DNA from: an uncultured Chloroflexia bacterium
GTDB lineage: Bacteria; Chloroflexota; Anaerolineae; Anaerolineales; UBA4823
DNA length: 64,000 nucleotides
Direction: 5' to 3'
Assembly: GCA_963788305.1 (NCBI GenBank)
Contig: CAWBGK010000003.1
Span: forward strand, 64,510-128,509
Of this stretch, positions 39,570 to 51,186 are shown piece by piece (positions within the stretch are counted from its first letter, which is position 1; each line of letters opens with the position of its first letter). The notes beneath the pieces were generated by a model, which was given only the letters and a program-made list of their open reading frames with translations, searched no databases and was not told the origin of the DNA. The translations under genes and the position numbers were made by a program.

Positions 39570-40787
39570 TCATGGTTCCACTTGTTGTGTATCCCTTCGA
39601 AGGCGAGCAGAAACATTTTTTGCCGCCGTTAGGAACATATGACCCATATTTTGATCTGTTTGCTTATCCTCTGCGATCAGCCCCAATTCTTTCAAATCGA
39701 TTCGACCCTGTTGATCAAGGATCTCCAGGTCGGATCGCAGCATATATTTGGAATATACATCAATGCTGGTGACAAGCAAAATCATCACCACTGGCCCATA
39801 CAGGGCGCCGACGATTCCCATCACGCCCAGGCCGCCCAGTACACTCAAAATCACCAGTGCCGGGTTGAGCTGCGCACCTTTAGGGATTAGATGCGGACGC
39901 AAGATGGTGTCGATATTGGCAATCAAAAACAGAAAAGCCACGAGCACGAAAACCCCTTGCCAGACATTTCCGTTGACGATCAAAAAGATCCCTACCGGCC
40001 AGGCTACCAGGGAAACGCCGATCATCGGCACCAGGGAAAGGAACATTGAGGCCAGGGTCAAGAACATCACGAAGGGCACGCCGGCGATCCACAGCACCAG
40101 GCCCATCGCCAGGCCTGTCACGATGGCGATGACAAAATTGCCCTTGAACATGGCCTTGATCATGATGTCGATCTTATCCATGAACAACTGGGTGATCTCC
40201 GGTGGAAAAGGCACGATATCCAGGATGTCCTGCTTGCCGGGACGTTTGTAGCGCGGCAGAAGTACGTAAACGATCACCAATACCACCAGACCGTTCATGA
40301 AAATCCCCGGCAGCGCGCGCCCCAGGCTGACCACAATGCCTCTCAGCCATCCGGCCAGCCAGGCGGTGACCTGGGCGATGGTCTCTGTGAGCTGAAGGTC
40401 TTCCAGGTGGACGTTCCCGGCCGAGAGCATGCGAATCACCTGCTCCAGCCAACTATTCACCCCGCTCATGGAGAGATCCAGGGTGGTGATGTCCAGACCG
40501 CTGAATAGCATCGCCGCCTGGCTGATGGCGCCGCCGACGATCAGCACCGCTGGGATGGCAATCAACAGGATAAAGATCATCATGGTCAGCCCGGTGGCTT
40601 TCCCTTCGCTCCCGTTGATCCATTTTTTATCCAGCAGCCAGTTGTAAAGTGGCTTGAGCAAGATCACCACTGCTACCGCCAGCAAGATGGCCTGGACAAA
40701 TTGCCACACCAGGATCATGGTCAGGATGGCCAGGATCGCCACCATGCCAAAGAAAAATACTCTCTGCTTAACAATACGACCGTTCAT
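39570..40787 (-). CDS. AI-2E family transporter (second copy)
   Basis: 405-aa intact multi-TM ORF with ..LSVLGGLGVMGIVGALYGPVVMILL.. signature. Confidence 0.75.
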   Translation of the reverse strand: MNGRIVKQRVFFFGMVAILAILTMILVWQFVQAILLAVAVVILLKPLYNWLLDKKWINGSEGKATGLTMMIFILLIAIPAVLIVGGAISQAAMLFSGLDITTLDLSMSGVNSWLEQVIRMLSAGNVHLEDLQLTETIAQVTAWLAGWLRGIVVSLGRALPGIFMNGLVVLVIVYVLLPRYKRPGKQDILDIVPFPPEITQLFMDKIDIMIKAMFKGNFVIAIVTGLAMGLVLWIAGVPFVMFLTLASMFLSLVPMIGVSLVAWPVGIFLIVNGNVWQGVFVLVAFLFLIANIDTILRPHLIPKGAQLNPALVILSVLGGLGVMGIVGALYGPVVMILLVTSIDVYSKYMLRSDLEILDQQGRIDLKELGLIAEDKQTDQNMGHMFLTAAKNVSARLRRDTQQVEP

Positions 40788-40795
40788 TGATCCGG

Positions 40796-41386
40796 TTACC
40801 TGATGTTGACGTAGCGTCCACGAACCCTGCGGATCTCAAACTGCGCCAGGATGCCCGTGATGAGAAAAGTGACAAAGACCAGGAACGCCGGGGTGGTAAA
40901 TGGAATCCGGGCGGACAGATAGTCCGGGCCAACGCCCATTGCTAGCGGGAAAAGATGTGCCAAGCCAAGCAGGATCGCATATGCGCCGGATAGCGTGGTG
41001 GCCAGGATGATCACCCAATCGCCCAGGCGGTTGCCAAAGAAGCCAACTATGCCCGCGCCTGCAATAATTACAATCAGACCCAAAGCATCAGGCAACGAGA
41101 TGGGTAACAGCGACAGGATGACAAGCGCCAGCATTGCCCCCAGGATGCCGCCGGCGAAATGAAGGATCATTTTTATCAGCATGTATCCGACAAAGGCGAT
41201 GATCCCGCCTGCCACTAGGCTGATCAGCAGGCGAGCAGCAACCGGTTGGGAGGAAAGCAGCCACATCGACAGGCTGAAGCCAAGGACGAAACCTGCGACA
41301 GCCAGTGTAAAGCGGAATAGCATCCCTCCGTAGACCAAGAGGAAAACCCCACTTACCATCAACAAAATATCTAACAAGAATATCAT
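40796..41386 (-). CDS. 7-TM membrane protein, DUF4203/TMEM198-like
   Basis: 196-aa intact ORF MIFLLDILLMVSGVFLLVYGGMLFRFTLAVAGFVLGF... Family call is from memory. Confidence 0.45.
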   Translation of the reverse strand: MIFLLDILLMVSGVFLLVYGGMLFRFTLAVAGFVLGFSLSMWLLSSQPVAARLLISLVAGGIIAFVGYMLIKMILHFAGGILGAMLALVILSLLPISLPDALGLIVIIAGAGIVGFFGNRLGDWVIILATTLSGAYAILLGLAHLFPLAMGVGPDYLSARIPFTTPAFLVFVTFLITGILAQFEIRRVRGRYVNIR

Positions 41387-41559
41387 TTCTCCTCCAAATA
41401 AAATAACATAAGATTATCGGAATTTAAAAATAGGCGGCTTTCGAGTCGCTTCATAAACAATTGAACCTGTTATTCACCCTTCAATGGACTGCTGAGCCAG
41501 GTTCTGGTCGCCGAATTGTGATTGGATCGGAGCTTTGTTTTTCTCATGACTTGGATCGT

Positions 41560-42228
41560 TCACAAATTCAATAAACCACTGGCACCCTGGTACAAGAATA
41601 ACAAACCAAAAACGAGCGAGACGATCATAACAATCTGGCGGTTATTACGGGTCAACCATGCTGATGCCTTCTCAAGAATGGCTTTAGATTTTTTAGGGAT
41701 GATGACCCTGAAAATTATGGATAGTAGCAGCAGGGATTCAGCCAAAATCACGAAAAGCAGGTAAGCAATTGCGCCGGATGGTTGACCCAACTGTGCTGCA
41801 TCGATGATCCCAATCGCGCCGAGCGTAAAAACCCATGCCTTTCCACTAATTAACAGGATACCAAATCCAAACCCAAATGCCTTCAGCGGTGAAAGGCTGT
41901 CCATCATGGTCAACCACTTAGGGGGTGGAGAATCAGGGTCATCCTCTTTGCGCCACTGTTTGTATGCTGTAACCAGAAGCAAGATACCCAGCACCAGCTG
42001 CAGGGTTAAAACAACCGGACTTTTCCCGCCTCCTTCTTCCTTTACAAAGATCAGGCCAAAAAGCAAACCCTGGAGCAAACGCATGCACGTCATACCACCG
42101 ACATATGCCGTTGCCATTAGCACACCCTGCCGAGGCCGCTTAAGAAGCAGGATGTTGATGATATTTTGAATTGGAACCAGTGCACTGCCGATGATAAATG
42201 GCAATAACGACGCGATTAAATAATCCAA
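41560..42228 (-). CDS. GAP (Sap-like) family membrane protein
   Basis: 222-aa ORF with TTG start preceded by AAGGAG. Central charged loop ..KQWRKEDDPDSPPPKWLTMMDSLSPLKAFGFG.. between TM triplets. Confidence 0.5.
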   Translation of the reverse strand: MDYLIASLLPFIIGSALVPIQNIINILLLKRPRQGVLMATAYVGGMTCMRLLQGLLFGLIFVKEEGGGKSPVVLTLQLVLGILLLVTAYKQWRKEDDPDSPPPKWLTMMDSLSPLKAFGFGFGILLISGKAWVFTLGAIGIIDAAQLGQPSGAIAYLLFVILAESLLLLSIIFRVIIPKKSKAILEKASAWLTRNNRQIVMIVSLVFGLLFLYQGASGLLNL

Positions 42229-42241
42229 TGGATACTCCTTT

Positions 42242-42589
42242 TTATCGAGTGCAGCCGCAATTTGGACGCCTTTCTAAATCCGGGCAGTTTGAGCTTACCG
42301 ATCTTGGTATCAACACATCATCAACAAACAGAGTCCCACCCAGGAAAAAAGCCAATGCCACGGCAAACAGGGAACCGTTGTGGACTGCCGGCGGCATTAG
42401 GTTGGAAGCCACCAGCGCGGTGATGATCCCGCCTGCAAATTGCAATGCCGCGCTAACCATCCGGTATGGCACCTCAAATCTTGTCCCCGACGGCGCTCCT
42501 AGAAAAGTCAGGAGCGCGGCCTCGGAAGAAATGATCAAAACTAGAACGAAGTCGTCTACAATCAGCAACAATGCATCAGGGACAACCAA
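42242..42589 (-). CDS. hypothetical small membrane protein (possibly a ZIP-like C-terminal fragment)
   Basis: Only the part downstream of the AbgT stop (42619) can be coding. TTG at 42589 has no RBS. ..LAFFLGGTLFVDDVLIP.. vaguely resembles the ZIP transporter C-terminus. Confidence 0.25.
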   Translation of the reverse strand: MVVPDALLLIVDDFVLVLIISSEAALLTFLGAPSGTRFEVPYRMVSAALQFAGGIITALVASNLMPPAVHNGSLFAVALAFFLGGTLFVDDVLIPRSVSSNCPDLERRPNCGCTR

Positions 42590-42618
42590 TACCGGTGACT
42601 TTAGATTTATCGCGCCTG

Positions 42619-44275
42619 TTACATGCTTACCGGATATCCTGGTCCGAGCGGGATGCCAAGTACAAACCACAGGATAAAAAAGATCAGCCAGGCGACCAAA
42701 ACAATGGCGGCTATCGGCAGCATCAGCGCTACCAGCGACCCAACCCCCGGCGCTTTCGATAGCGCTGGGCGAAGACAACGATCACCGGGAAGTACACCAT
42801 CAACGGCGTGAGCGTGTTGGGATCGGCGAGTCGCCAACGCGGTAGGCGGCGAACACCGTCTGCGCCGGCACACCCAACTGGATGAAGAGCGGCACGAAGA
42901 TGGGCGCGAAGATTGCCCATTTGGCAAGCGAGCCCGGCATGATGAAGTCGAGCAACACGATCACCAGCACGAAGCCGATCAGCAGTGGGATCGCCGGAAT
43001 GCCGGCATTTTCCAGCCAGCCGGCCAGCGCAGTGGCGATGACGCTCGGCAGGTTGGAGTAGTTGAAGTAGGCGATGAACTGGCTGATCATCAACAGCACG
43101 AAGATCAGTCCGCCCAAGCCGGCAAAGGTCTTGACGACCGCGGCAATTATATCGTTGGGTCCTTTGTACTTGCCGACTGCCGAGCCGAAGGCAATGCCGG
43201 TATAGAAGCAGAGCATCACAATAAACAGCAAGCTGCCCATGAAGGGCGTCTGGCCGATGATGGCGCCCGTTTCGGGATCGCGCAGCGGCGCACCCGGCGG
43301 CAGGGTGGCGAGCAGGACGATGCCCAGCACGACCAGGAAGGCGATCCCGGCCCGGCGCAGCCCACCAGCGCTTCGAGCGCCGGATCGATCTCGTCAGCCG
43401 CGGCAGCCTGTTCGGAGTGCCCGCTTCCGAGGGATCGTACTTGCCCAGGCGCGGCTGAACAGGCCCCGCGCACGATGACAAATCCGATGACCACCGTCAT
43501 CAGGAGGGCTGAGGGCTGCCTGGAAGAAGTAATCGGCCGTGATGGAGATCGGCGCGCCGCCGGCCAAGGCGATGGATTCATTGGTGATCTCGAACAGCAT
43601 GGCATCGGTGGGCGTTGGAACCAGGTTGGCCATGAAGACGGCGGCGACCCCGCCAAAGCCAGCCGCCAGGCCGGCAATCGGGTGCCGCCCGACGGCCAGG
43701 AAGGCCGCCGCGCCAGCGGAATCGGAGTAGGGTCGCCCGCGTCCGAGGCGACGCTCGAAAGCACGCCGATGAAGACGATAAGGTAGGCAATTATGGCACG
43801 CGGGGCAACCTTGACCAGCTTGCGAGATCGGCGGCCATCAGTCCGCAACTCGGCCGCGCCCGCTCCCATCATGGCGATGAGCGTGACTGCCAGCAGGCGC
43901 CGAAGCCCTGGAAGTTCGGGACGAAGGAGGTAAACAGGAAGCGGATGCCATCGATGCTCAGCAGGCTCTCGATGGATATGGTCTGTTCCTTGATTTCGTA
44001 TTCGACATCTTCGGTCCCCGCTCCTGACAGCGAGTATTCGCTGACGTCCTCGTAGAAGTCAGGCGTGGCCCTTCCACCGGGACCGGCACCGCAATCTGTT
44101 CGGTGACGCTGACGCCCAGGAGCGATAAGATCGCCGAGAGGACGATCACGCCGATCATCATATAGAAGAACATGAGCACCGGATGGGGCACCTTGTTGCC
44201 TACCCGCTCTACGGTGTTCAGCAGTTTGTCCATGAATGATTGTTTTCCCGGATCGGCTTTAGGCTTTGCGGTCAT
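42619..44275 (-). pseudogene. AbgT family (p-aminobenzoyl-glutamate/dipeptide-type) transporter, about 10 frame changes
   Basis: Fragments in all three minus frames read consecutively: MTAKPKADPGKQSFMDKLLNTVERVGNKVPHPVLMFF.. / ATPDFYEDV..SLLSIDGIRFLFTSFVPNFQGFG / ..IAMMGAGAAE.. / ..GRHPIAGLAAGFGGVAAVFMANLVPTPTDAMLFEITNE.. / ..PRLGKYDPSEAG.. / ..LGIVLLATLPPGAPLRDPETG...AAYRVGDSP / NTLTPLMVYFPVIVVFAQRY / GVGSLVALMLPIAAIVLVAWLIFFILWFVLGIPLGPGYPVSM-stop. GGAGG RBS before the ATG at 44275. Confidence 0.75.
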
Positions 44276-44316
44276 TGTTTCCTCCAATATTTAGTGAAGA
44301 ATCTGGTAATCAATGA

Positions 44317-45783
44317 TTAGTTATATTCCCTGAGAAATTCAGCAAGCAGGCGTACTCCTACACCGGTCCCGCCGAACGTGTCGTAGGGCTTCGCTGGCCG
44401 GTCGACCCAGGCTGTGGCCAGCGACGTCGAGGTGTGCGAAGGGATAATCTCCGACGAAGGCGGCCAGGAATGCGCCTCGCCGGTGATCGAGCCGGCCGGA
44501 CGCCCGAGGCAAGGTTCTTGGAGATCGGCGATCTCGCTCTTCACCATCTGGTGATATTCTTCCCAAGCAGGGGCGGCTGCCAGACGCGCTCGCCGCGGTC
44601 AGTTCGCCGGCGTGCTGAGTTCGGTCGCATCAGCACCTGGCCGGTTCCCATCATGCCGGTGGCGTGAGGCCCGAGCGCGATGATCATCGCGCCGGTGAGG
44701 GTCGCGAGCTCGATGATCGCGTCAGGGTTGTAGCGCTGAGCATAGTACAGGGCGTCGGCGAGGTGATCATCGGCCTTCGGCCGTCGGTATTAAGCACTTC
44801 GATGGTCTTTCCGCTCAGTGTTTTGACGATATCACCCGGCGATAAGCGTTGCTGCTTGGCATGTTTTCGGCGGCAGAGACGAGCCCAACCACATGCAGCG
44901 GGAGATTTAATTCAGCCACGGTTTGCATTGCGCCAAAGACGGCAGCCGCGCCGCCCATGTCCGACTTCATTGTCTCCATCCCCTCTGGCGGCTTAAAGCG
45001 GAGCCACCAGAAGTCGAACGTCAACCCTTTGCCGACCAGACAAATCGTCGGGGTGCCTTTGCCAGCCTGGCCGTATTCCATGATGATAAACCGCGGCTCG
45101 TGTTCAGAGCCTTTGCCCACCGCTAAAATTCCACCGAAGCCCTGCTCGCTCGACTGGGCCATGTTCAGAACGGTCACATTGAGACCCAGTCGATTTCCAA
45201 GCCTGAAGGCTTCTTCTCCCAGCTCTGGCGGATGCATCGCATAGCCTGGTCCGTTGACCAGAACACGAGCGAAGTTCACCCCTCGAGCAATAGCCTGTCC
45301 GGTTGCGACCCCTGCGCCGGTCTTCTGATTTACTTTTGTGAAAACCGAAGCCTGCTCTACCTTAAATGTTTGCTCGTCACTTTAAACCGGTACGGTAGCG
45401 CCAGAAGCGATAGGCTCCGAGCTCGATCCCCTCAGCAAATGCCTGTGCAGTCAGCTCGGGCTCAAGGGGCAGGTCACCGTTTACTCCAACGGTCACAGCA
45501 GTTATTTTAAGCTTTTGGGCTTCTTTAATGGCAGTGGCGCTTTCCCGCCGGATTGTCTCGGCTGTGGCTTTCGCACTGTCGCCCAGACCGACCAGCAGCA
45601 GACGCCTGGCGCCAATCGCGCCAGCGGTAGAGTAACGGACTGACCGGCGCGCCCGCCAAAATCACCTGGCTCGAGCGATCCGGCTACCTCAACGGGTAGC
45701 GGGATGTCTTCGAAGCAGCCACCGAGCACGGTCAGATTGCTGGCTTCCTGGAGAACATTACCAGTTTGAATTAAGATCTTCAT
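44317..45783 (-). pseudogene. pepA: M17 leucyl aminopeptidase, many frame changes
   Basis: Start MKILIQTGNVLQEASNLTVLGG... Later fragments ..MNFARVLVNGPGYAMHPPELGEEA.., ..FIIMEYGQAGKGTPTICLVGKGLTFD.., ..MKSDMGGAAAVFGAMQTVAELNLPLHVVGLVSAAENMP.., and ..TIEVLNTD(AEGR).. lie in different frames. Confidence 0.7.
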
Positions 45784-45819
45784 CTCATGCCTTCCTTCAT
45801 AAAGAAAATAAAATCTGCC

Positions 45820-47222
45820 TTAATCGCGTTGCGATCGTTTATCAGGCAATCGCGCCAACTCCTCAAGATACACGATGGCGGTCTCAATGCCTCGCTGGAA
45901 CATCTCTATGCTGTAATGCTCATTGGGGGAATGCAAACCGTCGCTATCCAGCCCAAAGCCCATCATGACAACCGGGATTTTCAGCAAATTCGCGATGTCA
46001 GCCACAACCGGTATGCTGCCGCCGCCGCGGGTGAAAACCGGCGCGTGCCCCCAGGCTTTTTCGTAGGCGCGAGAAGCAGCCTGCATTTCGGGCAAATCGA
46101 ACGGGATGAGGGCGGGCATGCCTTTCGTCAACAAGCTGACACGGACTTTCACCGTCTTCGGCGTGATGGATCCAATAAAATTCTTCAGCAGGGCATATAT
46201 TTTGTCAGGATCCTGGTTGCCGACCAGGCGGACTGAGCTTCGCGCCTGCTTTCTGAGGGATAATCGTCTTAGGACCAGGACCGGTCCAACCACTCCACAA
46301 CCCGTTGATATCCAGCGTCGGGCGGGCAGAGATACGCTCGCGGATGGTGTACCTGGCATCGCCCCAGGTTGCCGGAACGCCCGTCGTCGCTTTATACTGC
46401 TCCTCGCTCGACGCGGTTTTGGCGATCATGTCTCGCTCCGCCTCTGTCAGCGAGACAACATCGTCATAAATCCCGGTACAGCGATGGTGTTGTCGGGATT
46501 GTAGAGCTTGCCGAGCATTTCAACTAACGCCAGGGCGGGATTATGCGCCGCCCCGCCCCACAGCCCGCTGTGCAGATCTTCCTTCGGTCCTTCGACTTCG
46601 ATCTCAATATAGGTCATGCCGCGCAAGCTGTGCGTGATGGCGGGTTCTTCTATGATGCGCATGGAGGTGTCGCTGATCATGCATACGTCAGCTTTTAGCA
46701 GGTCAAGGTGTTCCTTGATGAAGGGCGTCAGGTTAGGCGATGAGATCTCTTCCTCCCCCTCCAACAGTATTTTTACATTGACCGGTGCTTCACCGCCCAT
46801 ACCTGAGGATAGGATCGAGCGCTTTAATATGGATAAAGAGCTGGCCTTTATTATCGGTGGCACCACGGGCGTAGATCTTCCCGTCCTTCTCAACCGGTTC
46901 AAATGGTGGTGTGTCCCAGCCATCTTCCAGGGCGGCGGGGACGACATGCGTCATGACCGTAGACGGCGCGGACGGTTTGTCCGGGCCAGCACCCAACCAC
47001 TCGGCATAGACGACCGGTGGTCCCACGGTGGGCATGGTTTGTGCGTTCTGGAGACCAAGTCCACGCATGTCGTCTGCCAGCCGCTCAGCCATGCGTTTTT
47101 GTTCGCCAGCATAGGCTGATCTGCGCTGAACTGGGGATGCGCAGCATCTCCAACAGCTCTTGTTGAAATCTCTCTGCATGAGCCCGTGAGTATTTACGTG
47201 GAGCATCGCTTATCAATGACAT
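45820..47222 (-). pseudogene. M20 family dipeptidase (ArgE/DapE/ACY1/CPG2/YscS group), several frame changes
   Basis: MSLISDAPRKYSRAHAERFQQELLEMLRIPS.. (ATG 47222), then ..GWDTPPFEPVEKDGKIYARGATDNKGQLFIHIKAL.., ..VNVKILLEGEEEISSPNL.., ..DTSMRIIEEPAITHSLRGMTYIEIEVEGPKEDLHSGLWGGAAHNPA.., ..GGGSIPVVADIANLLKIPVVMMGFGLDSDGLHSPNEHYSIEMFQRGIET.. in shifting frames. Confidence 0.7.
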
Positions 47223-47316
47223 AGGTTGATCCCTTTCTTCAACGATCCAATCAAAAATCTATTCTTAAGAACAGAGAAGCGGTTTGTCGCTTCCTAACCA
47301 CATGAAAAGCTACAGC

Positions 47317-48945
47317 TTATCGGCTGGAAATCTCGCCGGGCAAATAATCCGGTAATCCACCAGCCGGGACAACCGCCAATAAAGCCACGAAAGCTAAAAT
47401 TATGAAGGACAGCTTAAGCGCCTGCAGCCGGCCTTCGATGTTTATGACCAGCTACCTGGGCTTCTTGCAGCGGGGTGAGATCAGATTCGTCCAGTATGTC
47501 ATCCAGATCATCGTTGCTGACAAAGTCGATATTATCCAGGTCGACCGTTTCTTGGATCACTTCTGTTGGAATGACCGGATTCTTAACCAGACTTGAAGCA
47601 ATGATCATATTTAATAAGGTCACAGAAAGGACGCTTGCAAATGCCGTCCCCAGCCCGGTAGCCAGGTTGTTGGTGGTGCCACGCAGGGCGCCAACATCAC
47701 CTGCCAGATGCTTGGGAGAGGCAGATACAAGCACATTGAACACCAGCGTTAATGACGATCCTTCCCCAAGTCCGATCACGATCAGGCTGAGTATCACGAA
47801 CCGGAGTGCCCCAGTCGTTGCGGATGGTATATGCAAGCATAACCAATCCAATCGCCACAATAATAAAACCATAGCGACCGATCTTGCGTGGTGGCAGCCG
47901 GTCAAAAAGCCGGACTACCATGGCTGTGCCAAAGAAGATGGCAAGCGAATAAGGGATGACAGCTACTGCTGTTTCAAGGCTGGTGTTTCCCTGGACGATC
48001 TGAATATAAAGAGGGATTAAGAAGTTTATCGCTGGGCCAAGGGCAGCGATGATAAACAGACAAAACGTCGCCGCCCGTTCTTGTGGCAAATCCGACAGCC
48101 TCTAAGGCGAGCAGAGGCGTTTTGTTGTTTGTCACACGCTTGTGGGACCAGGCAAAAAACCCCTGACCGAGCATCACCCCCGTTACGATCATAATCGGTG
48201 ATAAAGAAAGACCTAAAACGTTGTATGGAGCATCTGGATTAGCCACCAGCAGGCCCCAGGCTTTGATGTTGTTAAAACCCAAACTGATCAGAATGATAGC
48301 CAGGGCCGCCAGTCCGGCGCCAATCCAATCGATCTTGACCTTGGCTTCACGGCGGATGTTGTTTAATCGGAAGCTCAGCAGGAAAACTGCCGCGGCAATT
48401 AGAACGATCAAGCCAAATCCCCAACGCCAGCTCACCAGTGTGCCGACAACGCCAATGACAAGAAAAGCCAGTACGCCTGCAATTGCCTGGGAGGCGCCCA
48501 ACAAACCCAGGGATTGCGACTGCTGTGCTCCCTTATAATGATCAGCGATCATAACAACCAGCGTGGGCACCAGGATAGCCGCCGCTAAGCCGGCGATAGC
48601 TTGCATCTGGATCATCATCGTTGTGCTAGTGCTGAGAGCCATGCCGGCCATGGCCAGGGCGTGAAAGATGACCCCTACCTGAAACATATTTCGGGCACCG
48701 AACATCTTGCCAAGCTTTGATCCAAGCATAACAAAAGCGGCGACCGCCAGCGAGTAAACCACCAGTGCTGTGCTTACTATGGAAGGAGAGGAATTAAAAT
48801 CTTCGACGATTCCTCCAAGCGATACAGGCAATGCGCTGACGTTAAAGCCCATTTGTATCTGTGCCAGCGCTATAATGAGCATTGGCAGCCAGGACGCTTT
48901 CAATATCGTTTCAGTTCTAGGGGGAGAAATGGATTCCGTCGACAT
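47317..48945 (-). pseudogene. MFS transporter (14-TM DHA2/EmrB-like), at least 3 frame changes
   Basis: ORF 47974..48945 holds the N-terminal ~9 TM. ORFs 47697..48089 and 47414..47905 continue it. The C-terminus ..INIEGRLQALKLSFIILAFVALLAVVPAGGLPDYLPGEISSR-stop (47317) is in yet another frame. Confidence 0.65.
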
Positions 48946-49179
48946 TAAAGCTTATCCTCCTGATTATGCATGAAGGGGGAATAAATTCCTGTTTCTGGAA
49001 CATCCGCCCAATACGTTGGTGATCGATTATAAGCTATTTGCCGCGCACTGTGTTCTTAATTTTTTCGGATGGTCCATTGGAAAACCGAGATCAGCCATCC
49101 AAATGGTGGGTCCAGGCTGATGGCGATGGATATAAATGCATAAGATTGGCTGTATAAGGATTGGGAACGAGTTATTATC

Positions 49180-50184
49180 TTAGAATGCTGGCCTTGAAGC
49201 AAAAAGGTTCAGCCCTAAGTTTTGACTGAGGAACTTCGTCGCCAGCTGTCCCCGAACGCTGTTGCCAGCTTCATCAAGCGGTGGAGCAAATGTGCCCAGA
49301 CCGCCCTTTCCTGGGGCGACTGTGATGATCCCCCCGCCGACTCCGCTTTTACCCGGCAAGCCGACATCGTACAGCCAATCTCCCGATGTTTCATACATCC
49401 CAGCCGTAGCCATCGTAGCCAGGACGCGCGGACAAACTGACGCACTGATAACATGTTCCTTTGTTATTGGATTTAATCCCCCGTCAGCCAGAGTGGCAGC
49501 CATAACAGCCAGTTCATAGGCAGTCACATCTAATGAGCACTGGCGAGTGTAAAGATCCACACTGTTGACCGGATCAAAATAGAGTCGCCCATAACTTCCC
49601 AGGAGACGGGCAATCGACTGGTTGCGCTGGTTCGATTTTGAAGCTGAGCGGTAGACTTCTTCATTAACTGTGAGCTCTCGTCCAGCGAAGCGAGACAATC
49701 CTTCATGAATAAATCGCCATTTGTCTTCGGCGGTTCTGCCAGGCGCCAGGCTTGTTGCGGCGATTGCTCCCGAATTTACGATCGGGTTTGTTCGGCGGTC
49801 TGAGCTCAGCTCAATGGCCAGGATTGAATTAAATGGAAAACCCGTTGCATTTACGCCAAGAAATTGGCGGACCTCTTCAGGACCAATCGCCTGGCAAAGC
49901 AAGCCGAACACGAACGGTTTGGATACGCTCATGATGGTAAACGGCACCAGCGTGTCGCCCGCAGAGTAGACTGCGCCATCCGATGTGACGATACACAGGC
50001 CGAAGAAGTCACTCGGCACTCTTGCCAGCGCAGGATAGTATTGGGCATTTTGTCCATCGTTGTTTAATTTATAACGCTCGTATGCGGCATCCACCTCGGC
50101 CTGGACCTGTTTTGCGGGCGGTAAATGACCGGTGGAGATTATTGGTAAATCCCCTTGATGATCAAGCCATAAATCTTTGTTCAA
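49180..50184 (-). CDS. glsA: glutaminase A
   Basis: ..FTIMSVSKPFVFGL.. (Ser-x-x-Lys), ..NPIVNSGAIA.., ..LPGKSGVGGGI... Start chosen at the TTG at 50184, preceded by GGAGG (ORF track 49180..50235). Confidence 0.8.
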   Translation of the reverse strand: MNKDLWLDHQGDLPIISTGHLPPAKQVQAEVDAAYERYKLNNDGQNAQYYPALARVPSDFFGLCIVTSDGAVYSAGDTLVPFTIMSVSKPFVFGLLCQAIGPEEVRQFLGVNATGFPFNSILAIELSSDRRTNPIVNSGAIAATSLAPGRTAEDKWRFIHEGLSRFAGRELTVNEEVYRSASKSNQRNQSIARLLGSYGRLYFDPVNSVDLYTRQCSLDVTAYELAVMAATLADGGLNPITKEHVISASVCPRVLATMATAGMYETSGDWLYDVGLPGKSGVGGGIITVAPGKGGLGTFAPPLDEAGNSVRGQLATKFLSQNLGLNLFASRPAF

Positions 50185-50249
50185 TATACCTCCGACAAAT
50201 ACATAAATGCACACACAATTAGACTGAGGCAGCAATAAGCGGCATCACA

Positions 50250-50688
50250 ACGAATAACTTCTGAGGGTAAGCTAGGCGCACCTGGTAATTATGGGATTAT
50301 ATCAGTCAAAATAATTCAATATGTCCGTCTTCCACAATGCGACCTATTTAATCACTACCCAATCACAAATCAACTGCTGTTATCCCGGGTGTCTGTCGCG
50401 CAACAAAAATGACGAGAAGCGTCAACCTCCATATAAATTGCGAGTTTATTAATCTAGGCAAATGACGATCACAGCCGGAGGATAACTCAAAATGCTGGAT
50501 GACAACGCTCTTAAGGTCTTAATCATCCTCGATTTACAGATAGTTGTATATGTCCAAATTTGTCTGTTACCTGCATTCGCTGCATCTGAAGCGGCTCGAA
50601 CGATCATTTCCAACTTTTCCTCAGGAACGGGATCCGTTTTCAAAGCTCGAACACTGCGGCGACTCATGATTGCAGCTAATGTCTCCAT
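50250..50688 (-). pseudogene. nitroreductase family remnant
   Basis: METLAAIMSRRSVRALKTDPVPEEKLEMIVRAASDAANAGNRQIWTYTTI.. stops after ~80 aa. Downstream frames hold only short recognisable bits (..ATDTGITAVDL.., ..LGS..) between stops. Confidence 0.45.
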
Positions 50689-51186
50689 AAATTCTAGAAT
50701 TTCCTCCAAATTATAACAATGGGACCAAATTCCATGGGTTAGTTGAGTATTCACCACTCATCCATATAAGAAGCAGGAGGTAATCACTTCCATACTTCCA
50801 GACTGCCCAACCTGGGATAGTTTCTTCGGCATAATTCTCCTCCACTGCCTCCCGACCTTCCAATCGCCGCTGATTGCAGGTAGATAAGGATCAAGCTGTG
50901 ACTTCGGGTAGGATCGGAGGTAGGAAAATTTCGCATCAGATTTTTGGGTTACAGTGCTGCTCCCGGAGCATTAGCTTTCATAACCAGTCCGCTTCATCAC
51001 AAAGATAAATCCATTTTCATACGTACTCCTGAAAGAAGTGTCAGCGACACCTGCGATCAATTCTCTTCCTGGTTCACCGTAATGCCGTTCATCAAAGGCT
51101 TAACTCGCCTTGGATACCCGCATATCTTTTCCGCTTGATCAGTTTGAATGGATTATTGGCTTCTAAAACCCTGCTTATGCGGTGAG

